NCBI GenBank assembly: GCA_048405595.1
Contig: DBFJOT010000018.1
Span: forward strand, 208-64,207
Length of the DNA stretch: 64,000 bases
Source: Candidatus Onthovivens sp.
GTDB lineage: Bacteria > Bacillota_I > Bacilli_A > RFN20 > CAG-826
Reading direction: 5' to 3'
In this document: in pieces, positions 30,715 through 40,025 of the stretch
How the letters are laid out: each line of letters begins with the position of its first letter
How positions within the stretch are numbered: the stretch's first letter is position 1
Made by a program: the position numbers and the translations under genes
The notes under the pieces: generated by a model
The model's input: the letters and a program-made list of their open reading frames with translations, nothing else
The model's database searches: none
Told to the model about the DNA's origin: nothing

Positions 30715-31154
30715 TTTCCTTCCCTCCTAATGTTTTCACGTGTATTTGTGAAATATTTATACATAAGCACTCCAGCGATTGAATTTACATCAGCAAAGAA
30801 TGCAATTCCTTTTGCTTTTTTAGATACACTAAATCTATCAGAAATCATCTTTTTAATTTCAGAAACATCGCTTTCTTTTACTAAACTTAAAACAATGTCT
30901 TTTTTTGTGTCACCTACACCAAGCAAATCATAAATTTCTCTTGTTGCCGTTCCAGTTCCATAAACTAAATAGGCTGCTCCGACTTTATTATCCATGAGTC
31001 TATCAATAAAATAATCCCCTTGGTGACGATTGACTATAATACAAAGCATTTTCAATTTTTGAATAACAAAATTATCTTCATATGATGAAGATTCAGATTT
31101 TTTTTGAGATTCATCTGTTGTTTTCTTTAAATTTTTTACTCTAATTCTAGCCAT
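30711..31154 (-). CDS. PII-like signal-transduction protein (copy A) with a ~35-aa charged N-terminal extension
   Basis: The core VNRHQGDYFIDRL...VYGTGTATREI resembles the PII/DUF190 fold. The ATG at 31154 has an AGGTGA Shine-Dalgarno 5 nt upstream. The track start at 31163 is a GTG. Confidence 0.55.
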   Translation of the reverse strand: MARIRVKNLKKTTDESQKKSESSSYEDNFVIQKLKMLCIIVNRHQGDYFIDRLMDNKVGAAYLVYGTGTATREIYDLLGVGDTKKDIVLSLVKESDVSEIKKMISDRFSVSKKAKGIAFFADVNSIAGVLMYKYFTNTRENIRREGK

Positions 31155-31163
31155 ATTTATCAC

Positions 31164-32705
31164 CTAAAAATGAATAATTTGTGCGTCGTCTGCTTCTTTA
31201 ACTTTAGCACGAGCTCTCTTGTAACGAAGTTTAGTTTCAATTTCAGCATTTAAACCTAAAAGTTGAACACAAATTAAAGGCATTACACTAATAATTCCAA
31301 TAACGCCAAATCCAGTTCCTGCTTCTAATGAATCACTAATTCCTAAGATAAAAGGTAAAACAAAGCAGCTCGACATAGTTCCACTAGCAACTCCACCAGA
31401 GTCAAAAGCAACAGCTGTATAAATATCTGGAACAGTAAAAGACAAAGCTAAAGATAAAATATAGAAAGGCACAATATAGTAAACAATACTAAATCCACCA
31501 CAAAGTTCTCTAACTACAGCTAATACAATCGCTAAAGCGACACCAGCGCATAAAGCAATTAACATCTTCTTTTTAGTAATGGTTCCGCCACTAATTTCTT
31601 CAACTTGTTCATTTAAAACATGGACACCAGGTTCAACTAAAACGACAGCAAAACCAATTACGATAGCTAAAATAATAATTATGTAATCATAATCATGAGT
31701 TGGAACAGCTAATCCACTTCCTAATTTATAAGCTAGCGGAATAAGACCATATTTAGCACTTGTCAAAAAAACACTTAATCCAAGGAACGTATAGATAAAT
31801 CCTAAATAAATTCTTATTAATTCTTTTTTATTAATTTTAATAAATAAAATTTGATAAACAGTAAAGAATACACAAATCGGAGCAATTGCTATAAATACTT
31901 CTAATAATGTATGGCTTAAAATATCAACGAAAACAGGATTTGTGTTTACACTATTTTGAATATTCGCAAAATCTTCTGAATTCATTAAACATAAGAATAA
32001 AATCATTGATGTTAAAATAGGGCCAACTGAACAAAGTGCAGTAACACCAAATGAGTCACTTGAAGAGTTTTTACCACCTCTAACACTAGCAACGCCAGCG
32101 CCAAAAGTTAATAAAAAAGGGACTGTAACTGGTCCTGTTGTAACTCCTCCAGAATCAAAAGCAATAGAAATAATTGCATCGCCATTTTCTCCATCAAAGA
32201 AACAAGCGAACCCAAAAACCATCGCATATAAGAATATAAGCCAAAGTTTTAAACTCTTTTGAAAGACGATTCTAAATAATCCAACAATTAAAAAGACTCC
32301 AACACCAAAACCAATCGTCAATTTTAATACCCATTGATTGTCTCCAGGCAAAATCGATTCAACTAATTCGCTTAAAACAGCTAAATCAGGTTCAGCAATT
32401 GTAATCATTACGCCAAGTAAAAAAGCGACGACTCCCATAAAAACGAGGGATCTTTTTTTCGTTACATTAGCGCCGATATATTTTCCAACTTTACTCATAG
32501 CAACATCACTTCCTAAAGAGAATAATGCCATACCTAAAATTAAGAAAATAATACAAATTAAAAAGGTGATTAATATGTTTAAAGGAATTATGTCGCTAGG
32601 AAAAACAGATGAATATTGAAACCCAAAAATTATAAGAATCAAAGCACAAATCGGAACGACAGAAATTAGTGCTTCAAGAAGTTTTTCCCGTGCCTCTTTA
32701 ATCAT
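31164..32705 (-). CDS. Polytopic membrane protein made of two tandem DUF1538-like repeats (putative transporter)
   Basis: 513 aa with ~14 predicted TM segments. Internal duplication: AFDSGGVTTGP... (first half) and AFDSGGVASGT... (second half). Confidence 0.6.
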   Translation of the reverse strand: MIKEAREKLLEALISVVPICALILIIFGFQYSSVFPSDIIPLNILITFLICIIFLILGMALFSLGSDVAMSKVGKYIGANVTKKRSLVFMGVVAFLLGVMITIAEPDLAVLSELVESILPGDNQWVLKLTIGFGVGVFLIVGLFRIVFQKSLKLWLIFLYAMVFGFACFFDGENGDAIISIAFDSGGVTTGPVTVPFLLTFGAGVASVRGGKNSSSDSFGVTALCSVGPILTSMILFLCLMNSEDFANIQNSVNTNPVFVDILSHTLLEVFIAIAPICVFFTVYQILFIKINKKELIRIYLGFIYTFLGLSVFLTSAKYGLIPLAYKLGSGLAVPTHDYDYIIIILAIVIGFAVVLVEPGVHVLNEQVEEISGGTITKKKMLIALCAGVALAIVLAVVRELCGGFSIVYYIVPFYILSLALSFTVPDIYTAVAFDSGGVASGTMSSCFVLPFILGISDSLEAGTGFGVIGIISVMPLICVQLLGLNAEIETKLRYKRARAKVKEADDAQIIHF

Positions 32706-32763
32706 ATAATTATTATATTATCAAAGAGGTGTAAAATCACTTAAAAGTATAATTTTTTGTTCA

Positions 32764-32799
32764 TAAAAAATAGGCGTGTCAATACTAGACTCGCCTATT
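32764..32799. terminator. Terminator downstream of rluD (-), in the DUF1538 promoter region
   Basis: ATAGGCGTGTC-aatacta-GACTCGCCTAT hairpin with 1 mismatch, flanked by A- and T-runs. Confidence 0.7.
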
Positions 32800-32808
32800 T
32801 ATTTTTTT

Positions 32809-33807
32809 CTATTTTTTCTTTCTAGGAAGTGGTTTTGTAAGGTTTTTGCTAGGTTTTTTAACCTTTTCGTAACTAGAATTCTTCATTAAGAGGTTGAAAT
32901 CTTCTGGCATTGGAGCTTTTAATTTATATACTTTTCCAGTGATAGGATTTTTAACATCTAACTCGTAGGCATGTAAGCATAAACGTGAGATTGGATTAGC
33001 TGGTTCACCATATTTATCATCACCTAAAACATAATGTCCTAATGAACCTAAAGTTACTCTAATTTGGTTCTTTCTACCACTAAAAATTTCAACATCAAGA
33101 AGGCTATATTTATCATTTTCCTTAATGACTTTATAAGAAGTTACACATCTTTTTGCTTTAGGATCTTTTGGAGCAGCAATATACATTAAATTAAGTGCAT
33201 TTTCTTTTAAATAAGTAACAACTTTATCTTCTTTTTTATTGAAGATACCTTCTGCAATTGCGTAATATCCTCTTTTAGTAACGAGTTCGTTCCAGTTATC
33301 TTGAAACTTTGTTTTTGCTTCTTCAGTTTTTGCAAAAATTAATACGCCACTTGTTTCTTTATCAAGTCTATGAACAACAAAAATTCTATTTCTTTTATCT
33401 TTGTCTTGAACATAGTCCATAACCATTCTATAAGCTGTGATCGCTTTTTCTTTATCGTTAGCAATGCTTAAAACCCCAAATGGTTTATTTAAAGCAATGA
33501 TATATTCATCTTCATAAATAATAGGAAGTTTTGTTCTTTCTTTTTTTCTAATAGGTGTTTTTGAAATTATTAAAGAGTCTCCAGGATAAATCATGAAGTT
33601 AAATTGACTAACCTGTGCTCCATCAATCGCAATAAGTTTATGTGAAAGTAAATTTTTCGCATTATTTCTAGAATATTGAAGTTCATTAATTAAATAGTTT
33701 AATAATTCACTTTCGTATTTAACTTTATATTCTTTAATGTCAAGTTTGCGTCTTGTATCTTCTTTGATATTTCTTGTTTTTAAATTCTCTTTATAATTCT
33801 TATTCAT
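32809..33807 (-). CDS. rluD: RluA-family 23S rRNA pseudouridine synthase (RluD-like) with an N-terminal S4 domain and a Lys-rich C-terminal tail
   Basis: HRLDKETSGVLIFAKT catalytic Asp motif, an S4-like N-terminus and a KKPSKNLTKPLPRKKK tail. Confidence 0.8.
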   Translation of the reverse strand: MNKNYKENLKTRNIKEDTRRKLDIKEYKVKYESELLNYLINELQYSRNNAKNLLSHKLIAIDGAQVSQFNFMIYPGDSLIISKTPIRKKERTKLPIIYEDEYIIALNKPFGVLSIANDKEKAITAYRMVMDYVQDKDKRNRIFVVHRLDKETSGVLIFAKTEEAKTKFQDNWNELVTKRGYYAIAEGIFNKKEDKVVTYLKENALNLMYIAAPKDPKAKRCVTSYKVIKENDKYSLLDVEIFSGRKNQIRVTLGSLGHYVLGDDKYGEPANPISRLCLHAYELDVKNPITGKVYKLKAPMPEDFNLLMKNSSYEKVKKPSKNLTKPLPRKKK

Positions 33808-33814
33808 TCTTTAC

Positions 33815-35434
33815 CTACTTCTTTATTTTACTAGCTGCTTTAACTAATCCCAAGAATAATGGGTGTGGTTTTAATGGTCTAGATAAGAATTCTGGGTGGA
33901 ATTGTGAAGCGATGAAGTAAGGATGAGTTGGTAATTCAATCATTTCACATAAATGAGTTTGTGGATTAATTCCACTAAACACTAAACCACCCTCTTCATA
34001 TTGCTTTTTATATTCGTTATTGAATTCGTATCTATGTCTATGACGTTCGCGAATTAAATTAGTTCCATAAAGTTCACGAGCCATTGTTCCTTCTTTAAGT
34101 TCGCAATCATATTCGCCAAGTCTCATTGTGCCACCCATTTTGATTCCTTTATATTGATCTGGGAGGTAATCAATAATTTTATTTTTTGCGTTTTCTTTAA
34201 ATTCTGAAGAATTAGCATCTTCAATTTTTAAGACGTCTCTGCCATATTCAATTAATGCAAGTTGCATACCTAAACAAATTCCTAAAAATGGTATATTGTT
34301 TTCTCTTGCGTATTTAATAGCACCAATTTTTCCATCGATTCCTCTATTTCCGAATCCGCCTGGAACGATAATACCTTGGACATCTTTTAATTCATCATTA
34401 ATATTTTCGTTAGTTAAATTTTCACTATTAATCCATTTAACTACTACTTTTTCGTTAATTTCATATCCAGCATATTTTAAGCTTTCATTAACTGAAATAT
34501 ATGCATCATGTAAATCAACATATTTTCCAACAAGACCGATAGTAGTCTTCTTTTCTAAATGTTTAATTTTATCAATAAGTTCGATCCAATCGTGCATATC
34601 TGCTCTAGGAGCACAATCAAGTTTCATGTGTTTAACGATTAAATCATCAAGGTGTTGTGCTTGTAAATTTAACGCAACTTCATAAATTACATCAACGTCT
34701 TTAACACTAATAACTGCGTCATCATCTAAGTTGCAGAATAATGCAACTTTATCTTTGCTTGCTTGGTCAATTTCAACTTCACATCTTAATAAAAGTGCAT
34801 CTGGTTGAATGCCTAAACCTGTTAATTCTTTGACGCTATGTTGTGTCGGTTTAGTTTTGATTTCTCCGGTTGTTTTTAAGTATGGAACGAGTGTGTTATG
34901 AACAAAGAATGTATTTTCATAACCTAATTCTCTTCTAAGTTGTCTAATAGCTTCTAAGAATGGGAGTGATTCAATATCGCCAACTGTTCCACCGATTTCA
35001 ACAATGCAAATATCTGTATCACCTTTTGCATTGAAACCTTCAAACAATCTCTTTTTAATTTCATTTGTAATATGAGGAATGATTTGGATTGTAGCGCCTA
35101 AGAATTCTCCTCTTCTTTCCTTTTCTAATACTGAAGAATAAACTTTTCCACTTGTGACGCTACTTTCTTTAGTTAAAGAAGTATTAATGATTCTTTCATA
35201 GTGGCCTAAATCAAGATCAGTTTCAGCGCCATCTTTTGTAACGAATACCTCACCATGTTGATATGGTGACATCGTACCTGGATCGATATTTAAATATGGA
35301 TCTAACTTTATTGAGAAGATATTTAATCCTCTTCTTTTCAATAATCTACCAATCGAAGCGGCACTAATTCCTTTCCCTAAACTTGAAACAACACCACCCG
35401 TAACAAAAATAAACTTTAACTCTTTTTCTTTCAT
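33815..35434 (-). CDS. pyrG: CTP synthase
   Basis: N-terminal synthetase domain ([14 protein letters not shown]) and C-terminal type-1 glutamine amidotransferase domain (GICLGMQ, HPEF). An AAGGA Shine-Dalgarno precedes the second ATG (MKEKEL...). The track ORF begins 3 codons earlier, at 35443. Confidence 0.95.
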   Translation of the reverse strand: MKEKELKFIFVTGGVVSSLGKGISAASIGRLLKRRGLNIFSIKLDPYLNIDPGTMSPYQHGEVFVTKDGAETDLDLGHYERIINTSLTKESSVTSGKVYSSVLEKERRGEFLGATIQIIPHITNEIKKRLFEGFNAKGDTDICIVEIGGTVGDIESLPFLEAIRQLRRELGYENTFFVHNTLVPYLKTTGEIKTKPTQHSVKELTGLGIQPDALLLRCEVEIDQASKDKVALFCNLDDDAVISVKDVDVIYEVALNLQAQHLDDLIVKHMKLDCAPRADMHDWIELIDKIKHLEKKTTIGLVGKYVDLHDAYISVNESLKYAGYEINEKVVVKWINSENLTNENINDELKDVQGIIVPGGFGNRGIDGKIGAIKYARENNIPFLGICLGMQLALIEYGRDVLKIEDANSSEFKENAKNKIIDYLPDQYKGIKMGGTMRLGEYDCELKEGTMARELYGTNLIRERHRHRYEFNNEYKKQYEEGGLVFSGINPQTHLCEMIELPTHPYFIASQFHPEFLSRPLKPHPLFLGLVKAASKIKK

Positions 35435-35454
35435 AAAAATCATCCTTATAAAAT

Positions 35455-35497
35455 AAAAAACACCTATATCTAAAAGTATAGATATTTAGGGGTGCCC
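35455..35497 (-). promoter_or_regulatory. pyrG leader / intrinsic attenuator. The transcript probably starts GGGC, then has a hairpin with a C-rich 5' arm, then U6, ~12 nt before the pyrG Shine-Dalgarno.
   Basis: Minus-strand RNA: GGGCACCCCUAAAUAUCUAUACUUUUAGAUAUAGGUGUUUUUU. The AUAUCU/AGAUAU stem extends through CCCC..GGUG. Confidence 0.55.
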
Positions 35498-35503
35498 TTT
35501 TCT

Positions 35504-35532
35504 ATTCTATATAAAGATATAATTAAAGTCAT
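35504..35532 (-). promoter_or_regulatory. Putative sigma-A-type pyrG promoter
   Basis: -35 ATGACT, a 17-bp spacer and -10 TAGAAT, placed 6 nt upstream of the GGGC start. Confidence 0.4.
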
Positions 35533-35928
35533 TAAGAATTCATACTTTTTTTCATGCGTATATGACAACCATAAAGTTTACATAATAATTTTTGTTTCTT
35601 TACTGGTATCGTACACAAAGTTATCGTCTTTAAATTTTCTCACATCGATATTTTAGACTCTTTAGATAAAATTGGACTTTCCTGATAATATTCGAAGCAT
35701 AACATAAAATAGTAAAGAAACTTTAACTTCATCACAAAGCTTAGTCATTCATTAAACAACCTTTCTCATTAATCTTATAAACAGTTTAAGAGATAAATAT
35801 TCTATACTCTTTATCACGAAGTGAGTTTCTACATTAATGCCTTTGACAAAATAATGTTGCGGGCAGATAATCCGATAACCATCAGCTTTTTTCGCTTTTT
35901 AAACTAGTCAATGTTAACCAGAGAAAAG

Positions 35929-35966
35929 AAAAAACCTACCATCTTCATTTAAAGAATAAGGTAGGT
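35929..35966 (-). terminator. Intrinsic terminator of the ROK kinase gene
   Basis: GACCTACC-loop-GGTAGGT hairpin directly after the stop codon, followed by TTTTTTCTTTTCTC on the minus strand. Confidence 0.75.
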
Positions 35967-35972
35967 CATGAT

Positions 35973-36926
35973 TTACATTACCAAACAAGCTGCGCCAATT
36001 ACACCAGCATCATTTTTGAGTGATGCTACTCTAATTTCAACTTTTGGAGTATTTTTAAATCCGTAATTTCTATCAGCACAATATTTAGTGACTTTATCTG
36101 TTAAATACTTATCTTGATTTGAAATTCCTCCTCCTAGAAGAACAACTTCAGGTCTAAAAACGTTACAAACATTTAAAATACCTTCAGATAAATATTTTAC
36201 ATATGTATCAACAACTAAATTTGCACTTACATCGCCTTTTTTTGCACATTCGAAACTTGTAAGTCCATCAACATTTTCAATATCACCATTACAATATTTC
36301 CACATCATTGAATCTTTATTTCTTTTCATTTCTTGACGTGTAAATCTTAATAAAGCAGATGCGCTTGCATAGCATTCAAAGCAGCCTTTTCTTCCGCAAG
36401 AACATTGTTCGCCATCAATAACGATAACATCATGTCCTAATTCAGCACCTTTGCCTTCATTTCCTTCAAATAATTTGTCATCAATAACGATGCCGCTTCC
36501 TACACCTGTTCCAAGTGTTAACATAACTACATTTTTGTAATCTTTAGCAGCACCAAATCTTTCTTCGCCTAAACATGCAACATTAGCATCATTACTTAAA
36601 GCAATTGGCAATTTAAGTTCAGAAAGATAATCTCTTAAATTTAAATTTTCAACACCAAGATTTACGGCATAATCGATGGTTCCTTTTGCGTTATTTACAA
36701 CTCCAGGAATGCCAAATCCAATACCTTTAACTAAATAATCGTTCTTTTTAGCGTATTCAATATGTTCGAGCATTAAATCTTTGATATCTTTTAATAAAAC
36801 ACCTGGACCACCTTCAAGGCAGTTGGTCTTTTTTGTTGATTTATAGATAATTTCGCCTTCTCTGCTTACTAATGCTGCTTTAATTGACATACCGCCAACA
36901 TCGACACCGATATATAAATCTTGCAT
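35973..36926 (-). CDS. glcK: ROK-family glucokinase
   Basis: 317 aa. N-terminal DVGG ATP motif (IGVDVGGMS) and the ROK CxCGxxGCxE zinc motif (CSCGRKGCFECYAS). Confidence 0.85.
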   Translation of the reverse strand: MQDLYIGVDVGGMSIKAALVSREGEIIYKSTKKTNCLEGGPGVLLKDIKDLMLEHIEYAKKNDYLVKGIGFGIPGVVNNAKGTIDYAVNLGVENLNLRDYLSELKLPIALSNDANVACLGEERFGAAKDYKNVVMLTLGTGVGSGIVIDDKLFEGNEGKGAELGHDVIVIDGEQCSCGRKGCFECYASASALLRFTRQEMKRNKDSMMWKYCNGDIENVDGLTSFECAKKGDVSANLVVDTYVKYLSEGILNVCNVFRPEVVLLGGGISNQDKYLTDKVTKYCADRNYGFKNTPKVEIRVASLKNDAGVIGAACLVM

Positions 36927-36944
36927 ATGTTACCTCTTTTCAAT

Positions 36945-37301
36945 TGGTGGAGATGCGGAGAGTCGAACTCCGGTCCATAAACACCCCTACAATGACTACT
37001 ACAGTTTAGTAGATCGTTATGAAATTCGTGGCTTATCAACGTCTACCAACTTTACACCACTAGACTATAAATTTTCATCTTTATAATATAGTCATCTTAT
37101 AAAGCTTATCCTTCCTGTAATGAGAAACCTTAATCAACGAAAGGAAGATCAATTAGGTTCCACGCTAATCTCCTAAAGAGAACTGACTAAGCAGCAAATG
37201 CGTAATTGTAATTTCTGTTGCCAGATATTGTTTTTAGTGATTACGTCACAACTCGACTGCAATCAATGCCAAAGAATCTATGTCGAAACCAAGACATCCC
37301 C
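36945..37301 (-). ncRNA. ssrA: Transfer-messenger RNA (ssrA)
   Basis: The 5' end is GGGGAUGUCUUGGUUUCGACAUAG... and the 3' end is a tRNA-Ala-like T-arm/acceptor, GGAGUUCGACUCUCCGCAUCUCCACCA. The internal tag frame ends ...NYNYAFAA-UAG. The overlapping track ORF 37198..37437 is spurious. Confidence 0.9.
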
Positions 37302-37311
37302 AATTAAAAAA

Positions 37312-37340
37312 ATAATACCACAAAAAGTGCTTTTTTTCAA
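37312..37340 (-). promoter_or_regulatory. Putative ssrA promoter
   Basis: -35 TTGAAA, a 17-bp spacer and -10 TATTAT, ~11 nt upstream of the mature 5' GGGG. This is consistent with an RNase P-processed precursor. Confidence 0.5.
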
Positions 37341-37843
37341 GGTGAGACATGCTTTTTCAAACCCTTCTAATAAATTTTTTGCATCAATTGATTATCAAAT
37401 TATCGATTATTACAACTTACATTTTTGGGATTTATAAGAAGTTATTTTTATTAATATTACCTTTGTTCAAGAAACAATATTTTCTATAAATTGATAGTAG
37501 TTTTTTAACTTCAAGATCATTTAAATCCATCTATATCAGTAAAAAATTAAACTGCGAAATAAAATATAAACGCCTATTTTTTTATTTTTTAAGTTATGGG
37601 ATTTTTTAAAATCGACCTTTTATATTATCCAAATATCTACTGGTTTTATTCAACATAAAAACTTTCATTTACTAAGTTCGATCAAAAACCTTGCAAAACC
37701 TTTACCAAAGTAGTTTCTTAGGCGAAAATAAGTACTTTTTTAGTAGTTTTTTATTATTTTAGGATTAAGGATTTAAGTGTTTATTTAATTGAGTTAATTG
37801 TCTTAATAGTATATACTATTAAAGATTATCGCGAGGATAAAAG

Positions 37844-38986
37844 ATGAGTCAAAAAGTAAAAGCAAAAGTTATTAAAAATAAGAAGAAATTTCCTTGGGGA
37901 AAAATCTGGTATTACGTCAAGTCTTTATTTAGTAACGCTATCTGTTTTGATATTTCAACTTCACTTAAATGGTTCTGGAGTATCATTGTATTTGTATTAG
38001 TGTTACTTATCTCAGTTGTACAACCAACTGTAACAAATTCACAAATCAGTGGCGCTCAAATTATTAATTCAACAGCTAGTGATACATTAAATTATGGTTT
38101 GGTCGATTACGTTGAAAGAACTACAAACGTTAAAGAAGTCGAAAAAGATTACACAATTAAATTCGATTCAAAAACAAACGCTTTAATTGGTGAATATCCA
38201 TATGAAAATTATAATGATTATGTAGTAAATGGAGATGCTGCAACAGCAGTTATCAAACCTTTCTTCACTTCATTCCATAACGGACAAAGAATGTTAGATA
38301 TTTATATCGGTACAACATATTCTGATGAAACAGCTTTCGTTACAAATATCGTTGGTTCAAATCCAATTTATGGCGATGCTTCTAAAGAAAAAAGAGAAGA
38401 ATACAATAAAGTAAATGAAAACTTTAAATACACAAGATCAACAACTTGCGTCATCTTCACAAAAGAAAATATTTATGTTCTTTTATACGATGGCAACGGA
38501 ACACAAACTGCTCAACTTAACGGAAACTACAAACACGTTTTAGAAGCTTTCCCAGAAGCAGCAAATAGTGGAACTTATACTTTTGATCAAATTTTAAGTA
38601 CTGGTATTACTTCAAGTTTAACTGCAATTGAAAAACGTAACTTAATCAATTCTAATTCAGCTAGCTTCTTCCACCAAGTTTATATCGATCCTGTATTTAC
38701 ACAAACTTGGGTTACATTCGGAATTTACTGTGGTGTAAACGGCGGAATCATGATTATTATGGCATTTATTATCTTTGCTATGACACGTGGTAAGAACAAT
38801 CCAAATCGTTCAATCAAGTTATTACAATGTTTCAGCATTGCATTCTGGTTCGCTATTACTCCAGCATTAATTTCAATTACATTAGGATTTGCAATTCCTC
38901 AATTCGGAGCAATGTTATTCTTAATTACATATTCATTCAGAATAATGTTCCTCTCAATGAAATATTTAAGACCTTCTTATCAATAA
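37844..38986 (+). CDS. Hypothetical membrane protein: basic N-terminus, one TM, a ~225-aa extracytoplasmic domain and three C-terminal TMs
   Basis: 380 aa. GAGG Shine-Dalgarno upstream (cgcGAGGataaaagATG). I recognise no family. A strong terminator follows. Confidence 0.5.
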   Translation: MSQKVKAKVIKNKKKFPWGKIWYYVKSLFSNAICFDISTSLKWFWSIIVFVLVLLISVVQPTVTNSQISGAQIINSTASDTLNYGLVDYVERTTNVKEVEKDYTIKFDSKTNALIGEYPYENYNDYVVNGDAATAVIKPFFTSFHNGQRMLDIYIGTTYSDETAFVTNIVGSNPIYGDASKEKREEYNKVNENFKYTRSTTCVIFTKENIYVLLYDGNGTQTAQLNGNYKHVLEAFPEAANSGTYTFDQILSTGITSSLTAIEKRNLINSNSASFFHQVYIDPVFTQTWVTFGIYCGVNGGIMIIMAFIIFAMTRGKNNPNRSIKLLQCFSIAFWFAITPALISITLGFAIPQFGAMLFLITYSFRIMFLSMKYLRPSYQ

Positions 38987-38993
38987 GAACTAC

Positions 38994-39026
38994 ACTCCTA
39001 GATAAATTTCTAGGAGTTTTTTTGTA
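38994..39026 (+). terminator. Intrinsic terminator of the 380-aa membrane-protein gene
   Basis: ACTCCTAGA-taaattt-CTAGGAGT followed by T7. Confidence 0.85.
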
Positions 39027-39033
39027 CCAAAAA

Positions 39034-39060
39034 AGCTCGAATTTGAATCGAGCTTTTTTA
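39034..39060. terminator. Second, bidirectional hairpin terminator (likely serves the convergent 113-aa gene)
   Basis: AAAAAAGCTCGA-atttgaa-TCGAGCTTTTTT. Confidence 0.7.
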
Positions 39061-39161
39061 ATAGAAATGTATCAAATTTCTTAAATTTTCATAATAGGTA
39101 TTTAAATACTTTGAGGCACTTTTTTTGCCTAAAATGGCCTAATAGGTACTATAGCGAGCCT

Positions 39162-39503
39162 TTAATCTTTCCAATCGCTATGTGGATTGCCTTTATTATC
39201 AAAAGTTAACTTGAGTTCTCCTAATACATCATCAATTTCTCTATAATAATAATCATCTAAATAAACAACTGGAGCATCATAATCAGCAGTAAATATAATT
39301 TTGTTATTTCTTTTAACAATTTCAATCATCTTATCAATAATTAAATCGAATTTATCTAAGAAATGTTCTTTAGCATATAAAAGCTGAGTATAAAAGTTTG
39401 GCTCAATAAAGAAAGTTGATCCATCATCTAATTCGTACTTGTTGATTCTAGGATATTTTTCATCAACAACTTTCTTGAAGCTTTCAAATTCTTTCATTTC
39501 CAT
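39162..39503 (-). CDS. Hypothetical small acidic cytoplasmic protein (113 aa)
   Basis: Strong Shine-Dalgarno (AGAAGGAGAAACAAAAATG). No recognisable motifs. Asp/Glu/Tyr-rich C-terminus. Confidence 0.45.
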   Translation of the reverse strand: MEMKEFESFKKVVDEKYPRINKYELDDGSTFFIEPNFYTQLLYAKEHFLDKFDLIIDKMIEIVKRNNKIIFTADYDAPVVYLDDYYYREIDDVLGELKLTFDNKGNPHSDWKD

Positions 39504-39554
39504 TTTTGTTTCTCCTTCTATAGTAATAAATATACATAATGGATTAGATATTTA

Positions 39555-40025
39555 TTAATGGTGATAATTTTCGTTACGCATTATTTTAAATGCGCGATAA
39601 ATTTGTTCTAAGAGAATTACTCTTGTCATTTGATGAGTAAAAGTCATTTTAGATAAACATATTTTTTTGTTACTTCTATTTCTTAAATCTTCATCAATAC
39701 CATATGTTCCACCAATAACAAAGTTAAGTGGATTTACACCTTTATCGATAAGCGATAGAAGTAATTCACTAAACTCTTCACTGGTTTTCATTTCTCCGTG
39801 TAGATCACTAAGAATTACATAATCATCTTTATGAAGTTTATTTAAGATAAGATTACCTTCTTCTTTTAATCCTTTAAAGATATTTATTTCATCAACTTTA
39901 GCTTCTTTAACTTCTATAATTTCTACTTTTGCGTAACGAGATAAACGCTTAGTGTATTCACTAATTGCTTCTTTCAAATATTTCTCTTTTAAAAAACCAA
40001 CACAATATAAATTTATCTTAATCAT
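39555..40025 (-). CDS. rlmH: 23S rRNA (pseudouridine1915-N3)-methyltransferase RlmH (SPOUT)
   Basis: 156 aa. MIKINLYCVGFLKEKYLKEAISEYTKRL is the classic RlmH N-terminus. Confidence 0.9.
   Translation of the reverse strand: MIKINLYCVGFLKEKYLKEAISEYTKRLSRYAKVEIIEVKEAKVDEINIFKGLKEEGNLILNKLHKDDYVILSDLHGEMKTSEEFSELLLSLIDKGVNPLNFVIGGTYGIDEDLRNRSNKKICLSKMTFTHQMTRVILLEQIYRAFKIMRNENYHH

Noticed and set aside
37198-37437. Track ORF (79 aa, + strand)
   Set aside because: It lies entirely within or across the tmRNA gene and its promoter on the opposite strand. No RBS. It is a chance ORF in a structured-RNA locus.
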